A stretch of DNA of 64,000 nucleotides from Candidatus Omnitrophica bacterium UBA6253. GTDB lineage: Bacteria > Omnitrophota > Gorgyraeia > Gygaellales > Profunditerraquicolaceae. Below, piece by piece: positions 10,161 to 25,100 of this stretch. A model generated the notes under the pieces. It did not search any database. It worked only from the letters and a program-made list of their open reading frames with translations, and was not told where the DNA came from. Location: positions 325,504 through 389,503 of the forward strand of contig DJVP01000012.1 of the NCBI GenBank assembly GCA_002441245.1. Reading direction: 5' to 3'. Made by a program: the position numbers and the translations under genes. Each line of letters begins with the position of its first letter. Positions within the stretch are counted from its first letter, which is position 1.

Positions 10161-13100
10161 CACCGGCGAACTTCCGCTTTTCTTACTTTTAAACTTAATA
10201 ATTTCATAGCTATTATTTCCGGCACTCCTTAGCTCAACTTTTCCGGTTTTATTAACTTGGGCCATTAATACCCCTAATTCATCTTCACTAAGCATATCTT
10301 GCCTGCCTAAAATAACTCTAAAATAAAGTTCTAATTCATTGGCGTTGACCTTGCCCGAAGTTTGCTCTGCTCTTTTAAATAACCATTCGGTAACGCTTTT
10401 CATTTGTATCTTATTAAAACGTTTGCTTCCTAAAGATACCTCTACCGGAGAGCTAGATATATATATCGCTCTGTTTACAGCCAGTTCTTTTTCCATCATC
10501 TCCCAAATCCGGGGATAATACACCGCTTTTGTATATACCTCTGTAGTGAAATCCCCCAACACCCTTTTCAATAAACCGGATTTAATTGGAGGCGAAACTC
10601 GCTTAATTAATTTAATAGCCCCAATTCCGTTTAAATTTTTATTCGCCATAAGTCCGAGCAATAAACTTGTAAATGCACCGGCAGAAAAAGAGGTTGAGCC
10701 GTTTCCATCGATTGCAGCCATCGCAAAATCTCCCGGCAAGGAATCATCATGAAGTTCCTCTCCTGCCCATGATGACAAGGCTCCGACTGAAATCACGCCG
10801 GGGACACAAGAAGGAAATAGATCGTAAAAAATAGTTTCTTCATTTTTTCTGTTTCCGGCGGCGGCAATAAAAATAATATTTCTTTGAATCAAGCGCTCTA
10901 TCAACTTATAACAATCCAAATCCCGCAAAAGATCAAAATCTCCGGCAAAACTCATATTTATCACTAGTTTAGCTACCGGGTATCTATCCTGAAAATTTGC
11001 TATTTTTACCAAAGCCTCTTTAATCAATATCTTATTCATTGTTCTACCATCTAAATCGCCTACATTAACTGCCCATACATCACATATAGTACCCGGTTGC
11101 GTCCAGACGATTTTCAACACTATATCTCCGTGATACCCATAAAAATTATCAAGTACAAAACAAACAATCCGGCTTTTTGCCTCTGGAACAATTTTCTTTA
11201 TATCGTTTGGCTTAAATACAATATAACCACTCACCGGAGAACTGGAACGGCTTTTCGTAATTACCAACTTTAAACTGACAGTCGCGCCCAGCGATCCCCC
11301 GCTTACGTTTGAGATCATCCCGCGTTTGCCTAAAACTGGGCTCGATGACGAGGCTGCCGGCGAACTAAAATCACCGTCATTAATCAACCTAGAAGAACTA
11401 TCCCTTCCAAAAACAGGAGAGTTTCTCAAAAACATCAGCTCCCGCTGTAACCTCGCAGGCGAACTAGCCCTTAGCACTTCCACAGAGGAAGCGCCATTGC
11501 CTATTCTTATCGTTGCTTCTATCCACGCCCCCGGGAGATTATTATCATTTTTGATTGGTTGACTAAACAATGCTTCCCCGCCTTCGGCCTTCTCCAAAGT
11601 TTGAGTAATATTCCTGGTGTGTACCGTAACTTTACCGCCGTAATAACCTACAAAATCTTTCTTTACATAATAAAGCCCAACCCCTAAACTATTACCTCCG
11701 CTCAATTGTTCTTCAAAAGCTTTCTCTATGGGAATAGAAAATCCTTTTCCGGTATCGCACACACAAACATTATATTCTTCAGCTGTTTGCAATATTAAAA
11801 CCAGCATTTTAGTTTTAACGTGCTTGAAATTATGCAACAGGTGGACAAGGATTGATAAACGTATATCAATAACACCGAGCTTATCTGCTGTTTTACCCAT
11901 ATCTTCATTATTTTCTATTAATTCAGCCAATATTACGCCTTTCCCATTGCGTAAGTTTTCCAATGGATAAACACCTTCCAAAACCTGCATTATCAGATTA
12001 CGTTCAATCAGTGGAGAGGAAACCGGGGAGCTGACGCCCATCCCAGATAAAGGCTTTCCTGCCTGCAATTCCAGCATCCTTCTTGTTTCACCGTTGAGGC
12101 TTTTGACTCTTGCGTTTCTTATCTTTATGCCTGCAAAACCTTTAAACGCGTTCTCCAATGATTCAAAATCAAAAAATCGATATGGCATTCCATTAATATT
12201 AAACCGGTCTTTATGCAGGGGAAGTCCCTTGGCGTATTTATCATCGGCTTTTGAATAAACCATCGCAAAAATCTTTCCTCCCCGCTTAAGCACCCGCCAA
12301 GTTTCATCAACAATGCGCGTCATCTTCTCATCATCAAAAGAAATAAAGCTACAGTTAGCAAAAACCGTGTTAAATTCTTCATCCGGAAAGTTGAACGGCT
12401 CTGATAAATCCTGAATACTCGCAACAAGTCTATGCTGAATACCCTGTCTGGCCGCCTCTTGAGATATCCTGCTGATACAAACAGGAGAAATATCGGTAGC
12501 TGTAACAAAACACCCGATATCCCGGGCTAAGATAATCTCATCCTCTCTTCGTCCACAGCCTAAAGAAAGAACCCTATCTCCGTTTTTAAATAAGTTTTTA
12601 TTCAATAGCCGGCCCATAAATTCGCTCTGCGGCAGACTTATGGCCTGCCAAATCTGAGACCAATTATGTACTTGCTGACTCGCTGTAAGTATTCTGTTAT
12701 CCCTTAAGTAAATAGCCCTAGCAAATGCCTGACGTTCCTTTTGTAGTTTAACCGGCGAGCTGACAGTTGCAACAACAGGATACGGCTTAACCTTTTCCGC
12801 AATCAACCCCATCGCCCCGAGATAGCCTTTAGGGGCAAATATAAAATCATTGACTTGATACCCCCTTAACTCAAAAAGTTTTTTGACTCTCTGAAATTCT
12901 TCTTGATGAGGTGCTTCTATAGACATGCTCAAATACCCGGTATTAATAACTAAATCAAAAGCTCCATCTTCATTAATTATCTCTAATGAATCCCTATTAG
13001 CAGTACCATAATGCCTCCACGGCCCCATATTCAACAATCCGATTAAATTCCCGCTACCACGGAATTTCTGTAAAAAGTTGCTAATCAGCTCTTTTTGACT

Positions 13101-16100
13101 CAAATTTGCATTAAGAATATAAAAATCATCATCTTCTATCCACCCATGTTCTTCCAATATAACTCTTGCGAAACTTACGTTTCGGGAATTATTTTCTATT
13201 AAAATAACCCTGCGTGCCCCCAGGGAAAGTGCTATACAAGAAAGAACACTTGTCCCGGCCCCAAAGTCAACAACAATTGCGTTTTTAAACATTTCTTCTC
13301 TTGCCAGTATCGAGGCAATAGTGGAAACTGTAAAATCATTCAACGGCTGACCAGGCTGGGCTGACCAGGGAGAAATAAAGAAAATGAAATCGGAATGCTT
13401 GATATAAAGATCACCGAGCTTATCTTTATACTGTCTGGCCAATGCCCTCGCCTTCCGAGAAACCGACTCCTGAGACCACCCATAACTATCTGACAAAAGA
13501 ACAATAAATATCATCCGGCCTAACCTGTACATACTTCTGGTAAAATTTCTTTTAAAATTATAATCCTTATCGCCTATCTGTATTTTCCGGTTTCCTTCCA
13601 GGGGGAATCTTGAAAGAAGTTTTTCAATATCCCTGGACACTTGAGCCATCCTTTCCTCAGAAACTATCTCCATATCAGCAGGTACTGTTACCGCCCCAGG
13701 AAGGACAGTAGGAGTATGCGGTGAGATGGATAACCGGCTATGGATATCATCAATAGCCCTTTTAACCAACCGCTCATTTTCCTGCTTAATTCTTATTTCC
13801 AACTCCACGATATCATCCTTAGCTTTCTTTAATGCTGCGATTTTTATGTAAAGATCGCCGCTAAACTCTGGATGGAATCTATTCATTGGTTCCATAATAC
13901 GGTTAAAACTTCTTGCGATATCGCGGGCAACCCCCTTTGCAGACCTTACCACTGGTGAACTGGAGCACACTCCCGCTGCCGCTGCCTGACGCTCATAATC
14001 CGCTTCTTCTTGCGCCAAATTCCGAGTCAATTTGGGCCAAGAAAAACCGCCAACTTTATTAAGGTAAAATGAAACTGTCCGCTCCGGGAAATAACGCACG
14101 ACCGCCCCATGAAGAATGCTAACTTCGGAAAGACCCGCCCTAGTAATGAATAAAATATGCATTTGTTTGGCGAAACAATACAAACTAAAACCTTTACCCA
14201 AAAGTTTTCTTCCGTCGCTCGATAATCCGCCAAAATCCCTGTTCCAATCTTCATACTGGCAGCCAACTCCCAGGGCCAATTTGATATGCGCGCTACTCTG
14301 TTTCGGCACCGCCACATGAAAAATACAACGATCATTATGATAAAAACAGTGCCAATCGTGCCAATCGCTGTTAAAATGCCTCCTCCACTCGATCCCGTGA
14401 CCGACTTGCCCCGGAGATGCCGCGTTTAGCTCAATCCCGGTGACGGCTCCGGAGCCAAAATAAAACAGGAGTTTTTCAAAAGAAGTCAAGGGCTTGGCCA
14501 GATGTTCAAAATCTTTCAGCCGCGCCAGATCGTCTTTGCCAACGTTTCCCAAAATACGCTGCGCTCCATCGAACGCCTTAGACAAACCCAAGGTAGCCCT
14601 ATCAACTACCGTCTTGCGGAAAACCAACAAATGTGCCAGATCGATCTCTGGCGATGTGCGGCCCCTAAACTCAACATCTTCCGAGAGCCTTTTTCCAAAA
14701 ATTTCCTGGAATAAGTTGAGACGCTGAAATAAACCCACCGGAGCCCGTTCTTTAAATTCAGAAACGAACGCCCTTTGATCAAAGACAGGATACAAACTCC
14801 ACATTTTATGAATAGGGCTGGAACAAAGACCATAACGCGCTATAAATTCATCCTTCTTAATCTGCTGTTCAAAAAGATACTCTTCTATACTCCAGGCTGT
14901 TACGCCATCGTCAAAAACATCCCACCGCATATCCCTATGCCCTAAAGTCCTGATTTTGGCCAAGGTTGACTCGTTCCTTAATTCAGGATCATTCTGCAGT
15001 AATCTCTTAATTCCAAAAACCCTTAATTCATGGCCAAGGCCTACAAAACGGCGGGCTTCTAATTCAGGCAGCCTATTCCAAGGTGATATCTCCATGACTG
15101 CATAGCGGATATTCTGATATAAACTCGAGAAACCAACATCCAAATCAACCCAACCTTCTATTTCTAGTTTTTCATTATCAAAAGACAGGGCTAAATATAG
15201 TTGGCCTAAGCCTTCTGACTGCCACTCAAGAAAATCCCTGTAAGCTATTACATCCGAAATATGCTCTGTCTCAGGCTTTCCGTCAAACGATATCCATCTA
15301 TTAAAACTATTTGCCGCAGATAATTTCATAGCAGCATTTAATGATTTTGCCATTACCACCGGTAATTCCACCATAACCTTTCCGGCATGATTATGGCCAA
15401 GGACCACTACCTTGCCTTCCAAACCAATACCGCCATAAATCTGCGATTGAATGGTTTCTTTTACCGGTGAACTGGAACGCAGCTTAAGCGGTAAAGATGA
15501 ATAAGCTGGCTCAACATTTTTATAATAGCGCGCTAGCGTCGCCAGGGTAATATCGTCTTTTTCATTCCTGGCTTTCTTTTCCATATCTTCTAATATTTCT
15601 CCTCTGGTTTTCAAAATACCTCTTGAAACCAAACTCTCTATTCTTTTCTCCATTTCAGCGATTAATTCATCAATGGTTAAATAACCTCTTATCAACCCAT
15701 TCCGCCTGGCGGCCTGCAAAAGAGGAAGAAAATCAGTATTTTCCGAAACCTCGATATCAAGCTTTAATGCCAGACAGGATTTTTTAACTAAACCCCATAA
15801 AGAACTATAAGATGACCTACCCTGTATATCCATAATCTCGGCAAGGCTCTTACCGCAAGCCAATAACCTCAATATCTGCAGCTTGGCTAAACCAAATTTC
15901 TCCTGCTGTACCTTAGCCTGCAAAACAGATAAATCAAGTTCTTTAGGAATCTGGCCCATGCCCTGTAATGATTTTATTAAAACCAGGGATGTAGCGAATG
16001 GCTTTTTATGGCTCCCATTTTTTAACGTTATATTAATATTTTGTTTTCCTGCTCTTTTCTTGATATATGCCGGGCCGCATAAAACATCGCTCCTTGCTAT

Positions 16101-19100
16101 GCCAAGTTCATGATTAATTTCTTCAAAAGAAAGCCCTTTGGCTCTTAGCTTTAACGCGTTTATCTGCACATTTGAAAGGAATATTACCGCATTACGCGCA
16201 GAAGCGAACAACTTCATTTCTACCGCCCGCTTCAGGATTTTCTCAACAACTGCCGGGCCAAAACCCTTATCATCAATGCCAAACTTCCTTTTAATCCCGC
16301 GGATATGCCTCTTATTTGCATCCACCTTCACATATCTACTGCTTGCAATATCCCTGGATCTTACCTTTCCTTCCCGCATGAAGGCTAAAATATCTTTCTC
16401 CGCATCAGTTAACGGATTAACCAAAATATCAGGATAGATCTGCCTTGTTTTTTCTATTAATTGCGGCCAGGACTTCCTAATTTTACGTTCCAAACCAAAA
16501 GCATCAAGTATGGAATAAACGATTATTCTTACCGTTCCCTGATGGCTTAAATTTAAGGCACTGCCTATCACTTTATAAGGCTCCCGTTGGCACAAAAGTT
16601 TCAAGGTGACCAATTGACGCTGGTTAAATAACGGTTCAGCAACATATGCGCCCACCGGCGAGCTACTTGTAAATTCCCGGTTGATTTCAAGATATGCTTC
16701 CGGTTTCAAAGGAGTGAAATAAACAGGCCCGTAATAATCGTCTCCCCTAGTCCACCAGACTCCTTTTAACCCAGGTCCATAGGCATTGGAGTATTCTGGG
16801 CGGTTTCCTGCCTGGAGTACGGCCCTTACCAACTCTTGCGCAGGAATTTCAACATAACGCTCCAACCACCTTGGCCAATCATACTCAGAATCAGGAGGCT
16901 CTTGATGAACCAAATCTTTGATCCGAGACGTTTCATCTATTGAAGGAATATCTTTTGCATGTAATGAAGCGCAATAACCTGAACCTAAAAGTGAATTAAG
17001 TATAGTTCCCGGAAAACTATCATTAAACTCTGGCACATTGGGATACCCTTTCAATAGTTCATCTTGCGCCAAGAATGCCACTCGTACAGCTTCATCAACA
17101 AGGTTGTAATATCTGTCTCCACCATCTCTTCCTAGGGAAGACAAACTATTTGTTCTATCAGGGCCGTATGTTTTAGGAAGACCGATAATATCGCAATTCA
17201 ACCAGCCCTGCCAAACAATAGCATCGAAATCATAACCCCTGCTTCTTTCCTGGGGCTGCATTAAGTCTTCGAAGAATATTTTAATCATTCCTGCCAATTT
17301 ACGGCTCTGGAGATTGGTAAAACGGACTGAATGACCCAAGCGTAAGGCCTCTAACCGCAGAAATTCAAGCACACTCAAACCTATTCCTTTATATTCACCC
17401 TTCCCTCTGCTGTTAAGGGTATATATCACGGGTATGCTTATCTCTTTATATTCTGGATCTATTACTATATTCACGCGGTTACCTCTATGGAACTGGCCAT
17501 TAAAACCTATAGAATATAATAAATCAATTTTCTCTTCCCCTTTAGGCTCTCCATCTAAAACTAATTCAATGCCTATATTGTGATCCAATATATTCCTAAA
17601 TGATATTTTGCTTTCTCCTAAAGCGCCGGCCACATTAATATCAACCGGCGAACTACTCTTTTTTTCAATTGTTCCTGGATCTAATGCCGCAGCGGCTTTT
17701 TTGATAGATAGAAATACATCCAGCATGTAAAAATTACTCTCATATAAAACTTTCATGTCTATAGGATACGCAACCGCCTTGCTTATTCCCGGAAACGGAA
17801 AAATATGTACGCGCATGTTGTCAAACCAGCTTCTCTGCTGGTCTTTAACTGTGTAATTATCGCTATCGATAATCTTTACATCTAAATCGGTTTCTGATGT
17901 TATCGGCCACGGCTCACAAGACATGAATCTTTTAAGAATACCTCCATAGATATAGCAAGGAGGCAATAAACGGCCTTTCTGCTCATACAAACCTTTAACC
18001 TCTCTCAATACTATTTTCAGGTTAGTATTTAACAACCAGAGGGATTGCAAGAATTCATCAGATATACCGCCAGGCACCCTTGCACGATACTCTATCATTA
18101 TTTCTTGCGGGATAACTGGATCCTGAGGTACAGAGCTGTCTGGTAATGGGCTTGAGACAGATAACGGCAAGGCGGCAATAGCCATCTCCTTAAAGGTATC
18201 GTTACTTAAAAATGCGGGGTGCGCTACAGGCGAACTGGAAAGGTGCAATTTTATGCCTTCCTTGCGGTAGACTCCCACAAGGCGATTAACAACAGGCTGA
18301 AGAACTATAAATTCCCCTTTGCCATTCTTGTCAAAAGTAACGTTCCCCGGATTTTGCTCAAATTCCCTGGAAAGAAAACTGTGCCCGCTCTTAGTAATAA
18401 AAACACCCTCTCCGCTACCCATAGCCTCCTTGAATGTACGAACAGGTTTTTCTTCCAGCAGGTCTCGATAAACCAGGTAATATAGCCCCCAAAGCCCTTG
18501 CTTAAATAACTCAAACCAGCAAGGAGACAGGTCTTTCTTTATGGCTGGGAATTTCCCGCAGATTCTCGGCTTATCCCTGTCTTGGTATATTTTGCAGGAA
18601 GAAACGAATGTAAGGCCGGTGCTATTTGAGAAATCCAGGATTATCTGCAGCGCCCAACAGGGAAACCCTGAAACAAGATTAGATTGACCTATAATCGAAT
18701 AGCGCTGTTTAGGCTTGAGGTCGCCGATTGCAAAATACTCTCTTGTATATGGGCAATCTTTGCCATATTTTCTTCTAAGCACCTTTTTGATTTCTTCCGG
18801 AATCCATTCATCCCTAAAAAAACAACAGGCGGCGTCAACACATAAAAATCTCCTTCCCGGCATACTTCGAAACATCACCGGAATATCCTTTCCTGCCGGC
18901 GAACTGCTATACAGGCGCAACCTGATTACCGTTCCCTTATTATATTCACTATCAATCTCAAGTTCGCTTTCAATACCAAAAACATCCTCTATGCTGTTTA
19001 GATTACGTATACCTACTCCGGGGCTGCCTTTTTTGACAAAATCACCAGCGAGTATGGCTTCCACATCATCCATGCCGCTTCCATGGTCTATAGAAGTTAC

Positions 19101-22100
19101 TTCAAATACTTTACTGTCTGCATGATCCCCATAAATCTTCACCAGGAAAATACCCCAAATTGCATGCCTCCATATATTAGTCAATAATTCTTCTATGATA
19201 ACCCTGAAAGGATTCTCGTATTCATCAAAATCAAATCCTGAATTATTCAATAAAAGCATTATCCCCTGTTCAACATCTGCTGCTAAAGCCTCACCTTTAC
19301 TGGATAGCTCTATAATATTCTTATGTTCATTCGAATTGAGATAGCTATCATCCAAATCATCTTCCTCTATGACCCAGGCATTCATAAACAAATTCCTGCC
19401 CTGTTGTCTTGCCCTATCAATCATACCCCTGGCTAACTCTAAATTATTATCCCAGACCGCGTCCTGCAATAGATCAACGTCGATTACATCTGAAACAGGG
19501 ATGATTAGCGATGGGTTTGAATCAGATAGCGGCAATGCGGCAACCGGAGAGCTGGGATGATTTAAGAACTGTTCAAATTCTTCTACCCCTGCTCTGCCCC
19601 GTGACCATTCTTTAAGTTTATTTTTATATACCAAGAGGTCTTTAAAACCTGTCCGCCTGATATATTCCGCAAGCGGCCCAAAGTAGTTATTATTCTTTTT
19701 GTTAAATTGCCTGACTGTGGCATCCATAACAAATACGGCATCTTTATTTACAAAAAGCAATACGCAATGAAAGTTTCCGCATACCCAACCGCTAACCAAT
19801 AAAGAAGGAATGGAAAACTCCCTGAATAATTTATCCGGGATAAGCGAACAGGCTAATTCACAGGTTTGCTCCCGGGTTAACGGGAGACGGGATATTTCTT
19901 CTTCCATGTCTCGGGCTATACTCGGCCGGTTATTTCTCAGGGTTTCATTCTTAACTTCCTCCAGTTGCGTGATTCTTATCGCTATCGCCTCCCTGGCTGC
20001 CTCCTCCATGATCCTTTCGGCATCCTGGTATGAAATTGCCGGCCTGGCTGCTGGTGAGCTAACAACTGTATTAGCGCTGAAAGAAACCTCACAAGCATGG
20101 TATGACCACAGCCAGGGGTTAAGTTCATTTTGCGAAACCAATAGTCTCTTAATTTCACCCCTATCTTTCATTTCTTTAATCCATTTCGCTACTGGCTGGT
20201 TAACGGGTGTTAAGATCATAAATTCGTCGCATCCGGACTTTTTAAGCATAGCCATCATTTCTGACCACATTTTTTTACCGATGCCCCTGTGCTGAAACTC
20301 AGGATGCACCGCTATGGTAAGAATTTCCGCATCACAGAGATCTTTTCCGTCACGGCCGCATACCCCTAATATCCCTATCAATTCCCCTTTATGGAAATCC
20401 AGTATAAAAGTACATGTAGGATTAACAAGCACATCCCTATCCAAGCTGCTTATGTGGAATGAAGATAGCCCCGCGGACTTAAGTAAATCCAATATCTCTT
20501 CCCAGAAAGTAAAAAAACCATTGCCCCCCACAATCACTGTTATATTCTCAAGATCGTTTTTCTTCTCCCTCTCTATCGGAGAACTGGATATTTGCCCCGC
20601 GCCGGGCATACCAAAATTGAATTCTCCTTCTGATAACATCAGCCTATGCCCGGAACCAGACACAAATATATTTCCTTTGATTTTTTCTAAACCCCTGGGG
20701 AAACTTCCAAGCTGCATAACTGCAGTAAATCGGTCTCTTTGGCCTTCAATATAAAAATTAAAATCATGCCTTAAATCACAGGGATAAAACCCTGTATTTA
20801 ACTGGGCAGGCCTGGAATAGCGCTCCTCATACGGCTTATCATCGACATTTATCTGCACCAAGCCATTCTCTCGGTAATGTATGTACACCCTATGCTGCGT
20901 GTTATCATAAAATATAAAAGTAAACTCCGGGCTCTTACGGTTTACCCTAACCGCAATCGCGTCATTTTTGTGAACAAGTTCTATGCGGAAAGAATCGGCA
21001 CTGTGCTCTATTCTATTTTTTTTGCTTGCCGGAGACTCGCTAAAACCAGCATTAGCTTCTAAAATCCTCCTGAAGAATAGCCAGCATTTTGTTCCGGATA
21101 TATCCCAGCTTTCCCTGGCTGGCACAGCTTCAAATACATTCTTAATTTTTCCTGTAATCTTGCTGATAAAATCCTCAAACCGGACACTCCCTATGTTAAG
21201 ATATTGCCTGGAAATAGCCGGAACAATCCTGGCAATAGGAATGCGGTTAGCTGCCAAGAAGCTTTTTATTTTACGGATCTCGCTTTCAATCTGCCGGTCA
21301 TCCATGTTAAAAATATTCGCCCAAAATGCCATTCCGCCGATAGATAACCTCGTCCTTAATGAAAAGAAATCAAAGCAGAAGGTCAGCCATATTTCCTTGA
21401 CTTCACCGCCATTAAGATAGCCCTTGATTTTCTCTAAAATAACCCCTCGCTCATCACAAGCAGACCAGTTTGTCCTGGTTGCTCTTGCATTGTTAGAACC
21501 ATCGTAATATGACCTAAACCAGACTAAATATCCTAATCCATCCTTCTCCATCCTGCTGCCCCAGTTACCTATATTACGAAGCAGGCTATTGCCTAAATCA
21601 TAATCTTCATGTGCGTCCGCATTAAGCACCAGTATTTTCCCGCCTAATTCTTTAGCCCTGATTTTTATAAGATCATAAATGTCAGAATGGTCTTCAATCG
21701 GCTGATTAAGGATTACGACTTTTACCGGAGAGCTGGAACGCTTACGCAAGCTGGCTTGCTCCAGAGAATGTTCGTATAGTTCCGGGCGCGGGTTTTCGGA
21801 CGCGGGAAGCTTGCGGAGAATTATTTCTATTATTGTGGCGTTATCAGGATAAAATCCGCCCTGGACCCCCTCTATTAATCCTTCTACCCTTAAAAGGAAT
21901 TGCCGGCCCAGCTCGCTAAGGATACCCCGGTTAGCTATTAATAACGCCCTGGTTTTTAGCAACTTATTTATCACAGAATCTGTTTCATCCGGGTAATCTG
22001 AAGCCGAAATAGGCGAGCTGGTTATATGAGCTATCGGCTTACAGGCTTCATCAAGGAAAAGGAGTTCCTGATTATAATCCTTTCGGGTTTTCAACCATCC

Positions 22101-25100
22101 TGCAAATTGATTGACCAACTCCTCTATCTGCTGGCGATGGTTTAATTCGGTTTCTGAAATGGTATAACCTGCATCATTGCCCTCAGCAAGGCTTAAGGCT
22201 TCATCAAAAAAATCAAACTCTACTTCTTTTAACTTCGGGTAATATTCCGCCGCTTTTTCAGCTAATGTGGAAGGCGCATAGTAAAGAAGTTCCTGCAGCT
22301 CCCTGAAATAAACCATCAGGCGGCGAGTGGCTTCGGAAAATTGATTAGTAATATCAAACAGCGCTGCTACTTCGGGATCATCGAATTCATCATCAAACTC
22401 CAGATCTCCGGTCTGAACCAGTTTGCTACCAGCCTCTATGTGCTTCTTATACAACAAGGTAGAGAAATATATAGCTAACTTCCTGGAAGGATAAGCAATG
22501 CCTGCCTGAAGCTTATACTTTTTTATGAATTCCGCATTATTTCTTATCCTGGCAAAATTACTCTCCTTACAGAAATTAATTAACCCTATACGGACAACAA
22601 TACCTAACCCCTGGAGGATTTCTATGGCCTCCCTGTTTTGCTCCCGGGTTATGCCCTTTCTAAAATATTTTAATTCCTCATTATTATCACTTTCTACGCC
22701 TACAAATACCTGTTTTAATCCCGCTTCCTGCAGAAGGGCGAAAATCTCTCTGCCTGCCTTACATACAGCATCAGCCCGGGTTAATATCCAGAAACTTATT
22801 TTTAAACCTCTTTCGATAATCCCCTCGGCTATGGCCCTGGCCCTTTCCGGGTCAGTACCAATAAAATCATTATCCAGAATATCAAATCCGGTTCCTCCGA
22901 ATTCCCGGTGAAGAAATTCTATTTCATCGACCACTCTTTTTGCAGAACGCGGCCGCCATAATAAATCTTTTAATTTTGCGCCCTCCTTACGGTTTTCCGC
23001 CTGGGCTTCATTAAAAAAGCAGTGCTCGATGCAAAAAGTGCAATTTCCGGGGCATCCGTAGGAAGTATCCAGCATAATCTTATTAGAAAACATATCCGAG
23101 CCAGTCTGCACTATGCCCCAATCCAGAAAAGGCAAACTATCCAACTCTTCTGTGGTTAAGACACGGTTCGGGTTAATGACTATCTGCCCCTCCGGCCCGC
23201 GGTAGATAATATTTTCCACTCCCGCAAGGCCCTTGCATTCAGATAATGCCCTTACCGCCCCCAATAAAGCAAACTCCGCTTCACCGGCAATAATAAAATC
23301 TATATCTGGGATTTCCTTCAAGAGCTCACCCTTACAAACAGCAGGCAGATGGCCTCTGGCACAGATAAAAAATCTTTCTTCCGATTTTAGCTCCCGGGGC
23401 AGATAACTAAGGAACTCGACAAAATACGTTTTATCTCCTGGAAACAAATTTAAACATATAAATATCTGTTTTTCGGGATAGCTATTAGCGAGTGTGGTTA
23501 TTTTAACGGACAGGTCTTCGGCTGCAAGATTAAGGTTATTTGCATCAATAAATTCGGTAGGGATCTTATTCTCTTTTAAGAAAGCGCTTACCCTGGCAAA
23601 TCTTAATGGTTTTACGCCTCTGACAGAACTATGATGGTTTGCATTTACTAAAACTACTATAGGCGGGCCGGTTTCGGACAATTCCCTTATCCCATTTAAA
23701 ATCTCGCGATGTCCGTTACCGATATCGCTCTTTGCTCCCACAAGGCCGTTTTTGTGCGGGTCATTGCCTAACAATGGATTATCGTAGAGATGCCTCTGGT
23801 TTCTTACTATCGGCGAGCTGACAGCAGGCATTACATGATATGCGCCATAATTTCTCTCCTCGAGCATGCGTTGCGCAATAAAACCATATTTCTCAACTAT
23901 CTTAAATAGATCATTCTCCGTTACTGCAGGATTCCAGTCATCCGGAGATACAAAAAACTCAATGGGCCATACGACTATCGCCCTTCCTGCCACATTAAGG
24001 TACGCTCCTAATTCTTGAAAGAACCTGTCAGCTATATTTTTTCGTTCAGGCCAACCGGAAAAATTACATGCCACCAAATCAAATCTTTCCTCTCCCAAAT
24101 CAGTAAAAAGATCACCTTGTACAACCCTTATACTCTCAAATAACCCGAATTGTTTGATATTTTCCCTCGCGGATTGTACAGCGCGCTTGTCGATATCTAC
24201 GGCTACCCCAGAACCTCCGGCAAGTTGATTAATGCGTATGGATAATATCCCCGTGCCGCAACCTATATCCACAAAATTAATTCCAGGGCACTGGGGAATC
24301 TCATTAAAAAATAACTCCAGCGCTTTTAAACTCAAAATAGTTGTAATCTCGGGAATGTGGATACCCTTATAGGCAAAAAGGTCCCTACCTAAATGCGGAC
24401 TAAAGAAAACTGTTTTTTCTGATTCAATTTTAGACCCTATAATCGCATCATTTGCCGTCGGAGAAATAGGCTGCTGTGACACTGGCGAAGAAATACACAT
24501 AAGATTATTACATTTCAATACGCCTGTAAATAAACCCCTTATTAGCTCCTCTGCTGTTTTCTCCCCTCCATTACTAACCCAAATTTCTTTTAAGCTATCC
24601 CCCTCTTCTTCTATCGCTCTCTCAAACTCATATTCGGCCTGCCCCCAGAAAGCACGAATATTTTTTGGTTTACCAATTACGTCTTGCTGACATAATAGCC
24701 TTAAACAACCTGACGTATACGTGAATAAGTGCCTTCCCGTAACTAACCAGTAAATAATTCCGGCCATGGCATAATGTATTTCAGATTCAATTACACGCAC
24801 CGAATGAGATCCATATATCCTTCTCAAAGAAAAAGTGTCTATAAAACAGGTGATGGAAGAGAATTTATTAGGGGTTTCCGGCAGGCGCGCTACCTCTTCC
24901 TGTTCTACCCGCAAGCTGTTGGAATCTTTAGCTACATAGATAGTCTGGGGGGTTAAATTTACCGCTCTTAATCCTGTTTTTGAGAGTACTTGCTTTAAAT
25001 AGATACACTCCTCTATTAATGATGCTAAGAATACTGACTTCTCTCTCAGGAGCTCTGCTCTTGTCGTTTCTATCAGCTTTATTAAGTCGCCGGCTATCCC

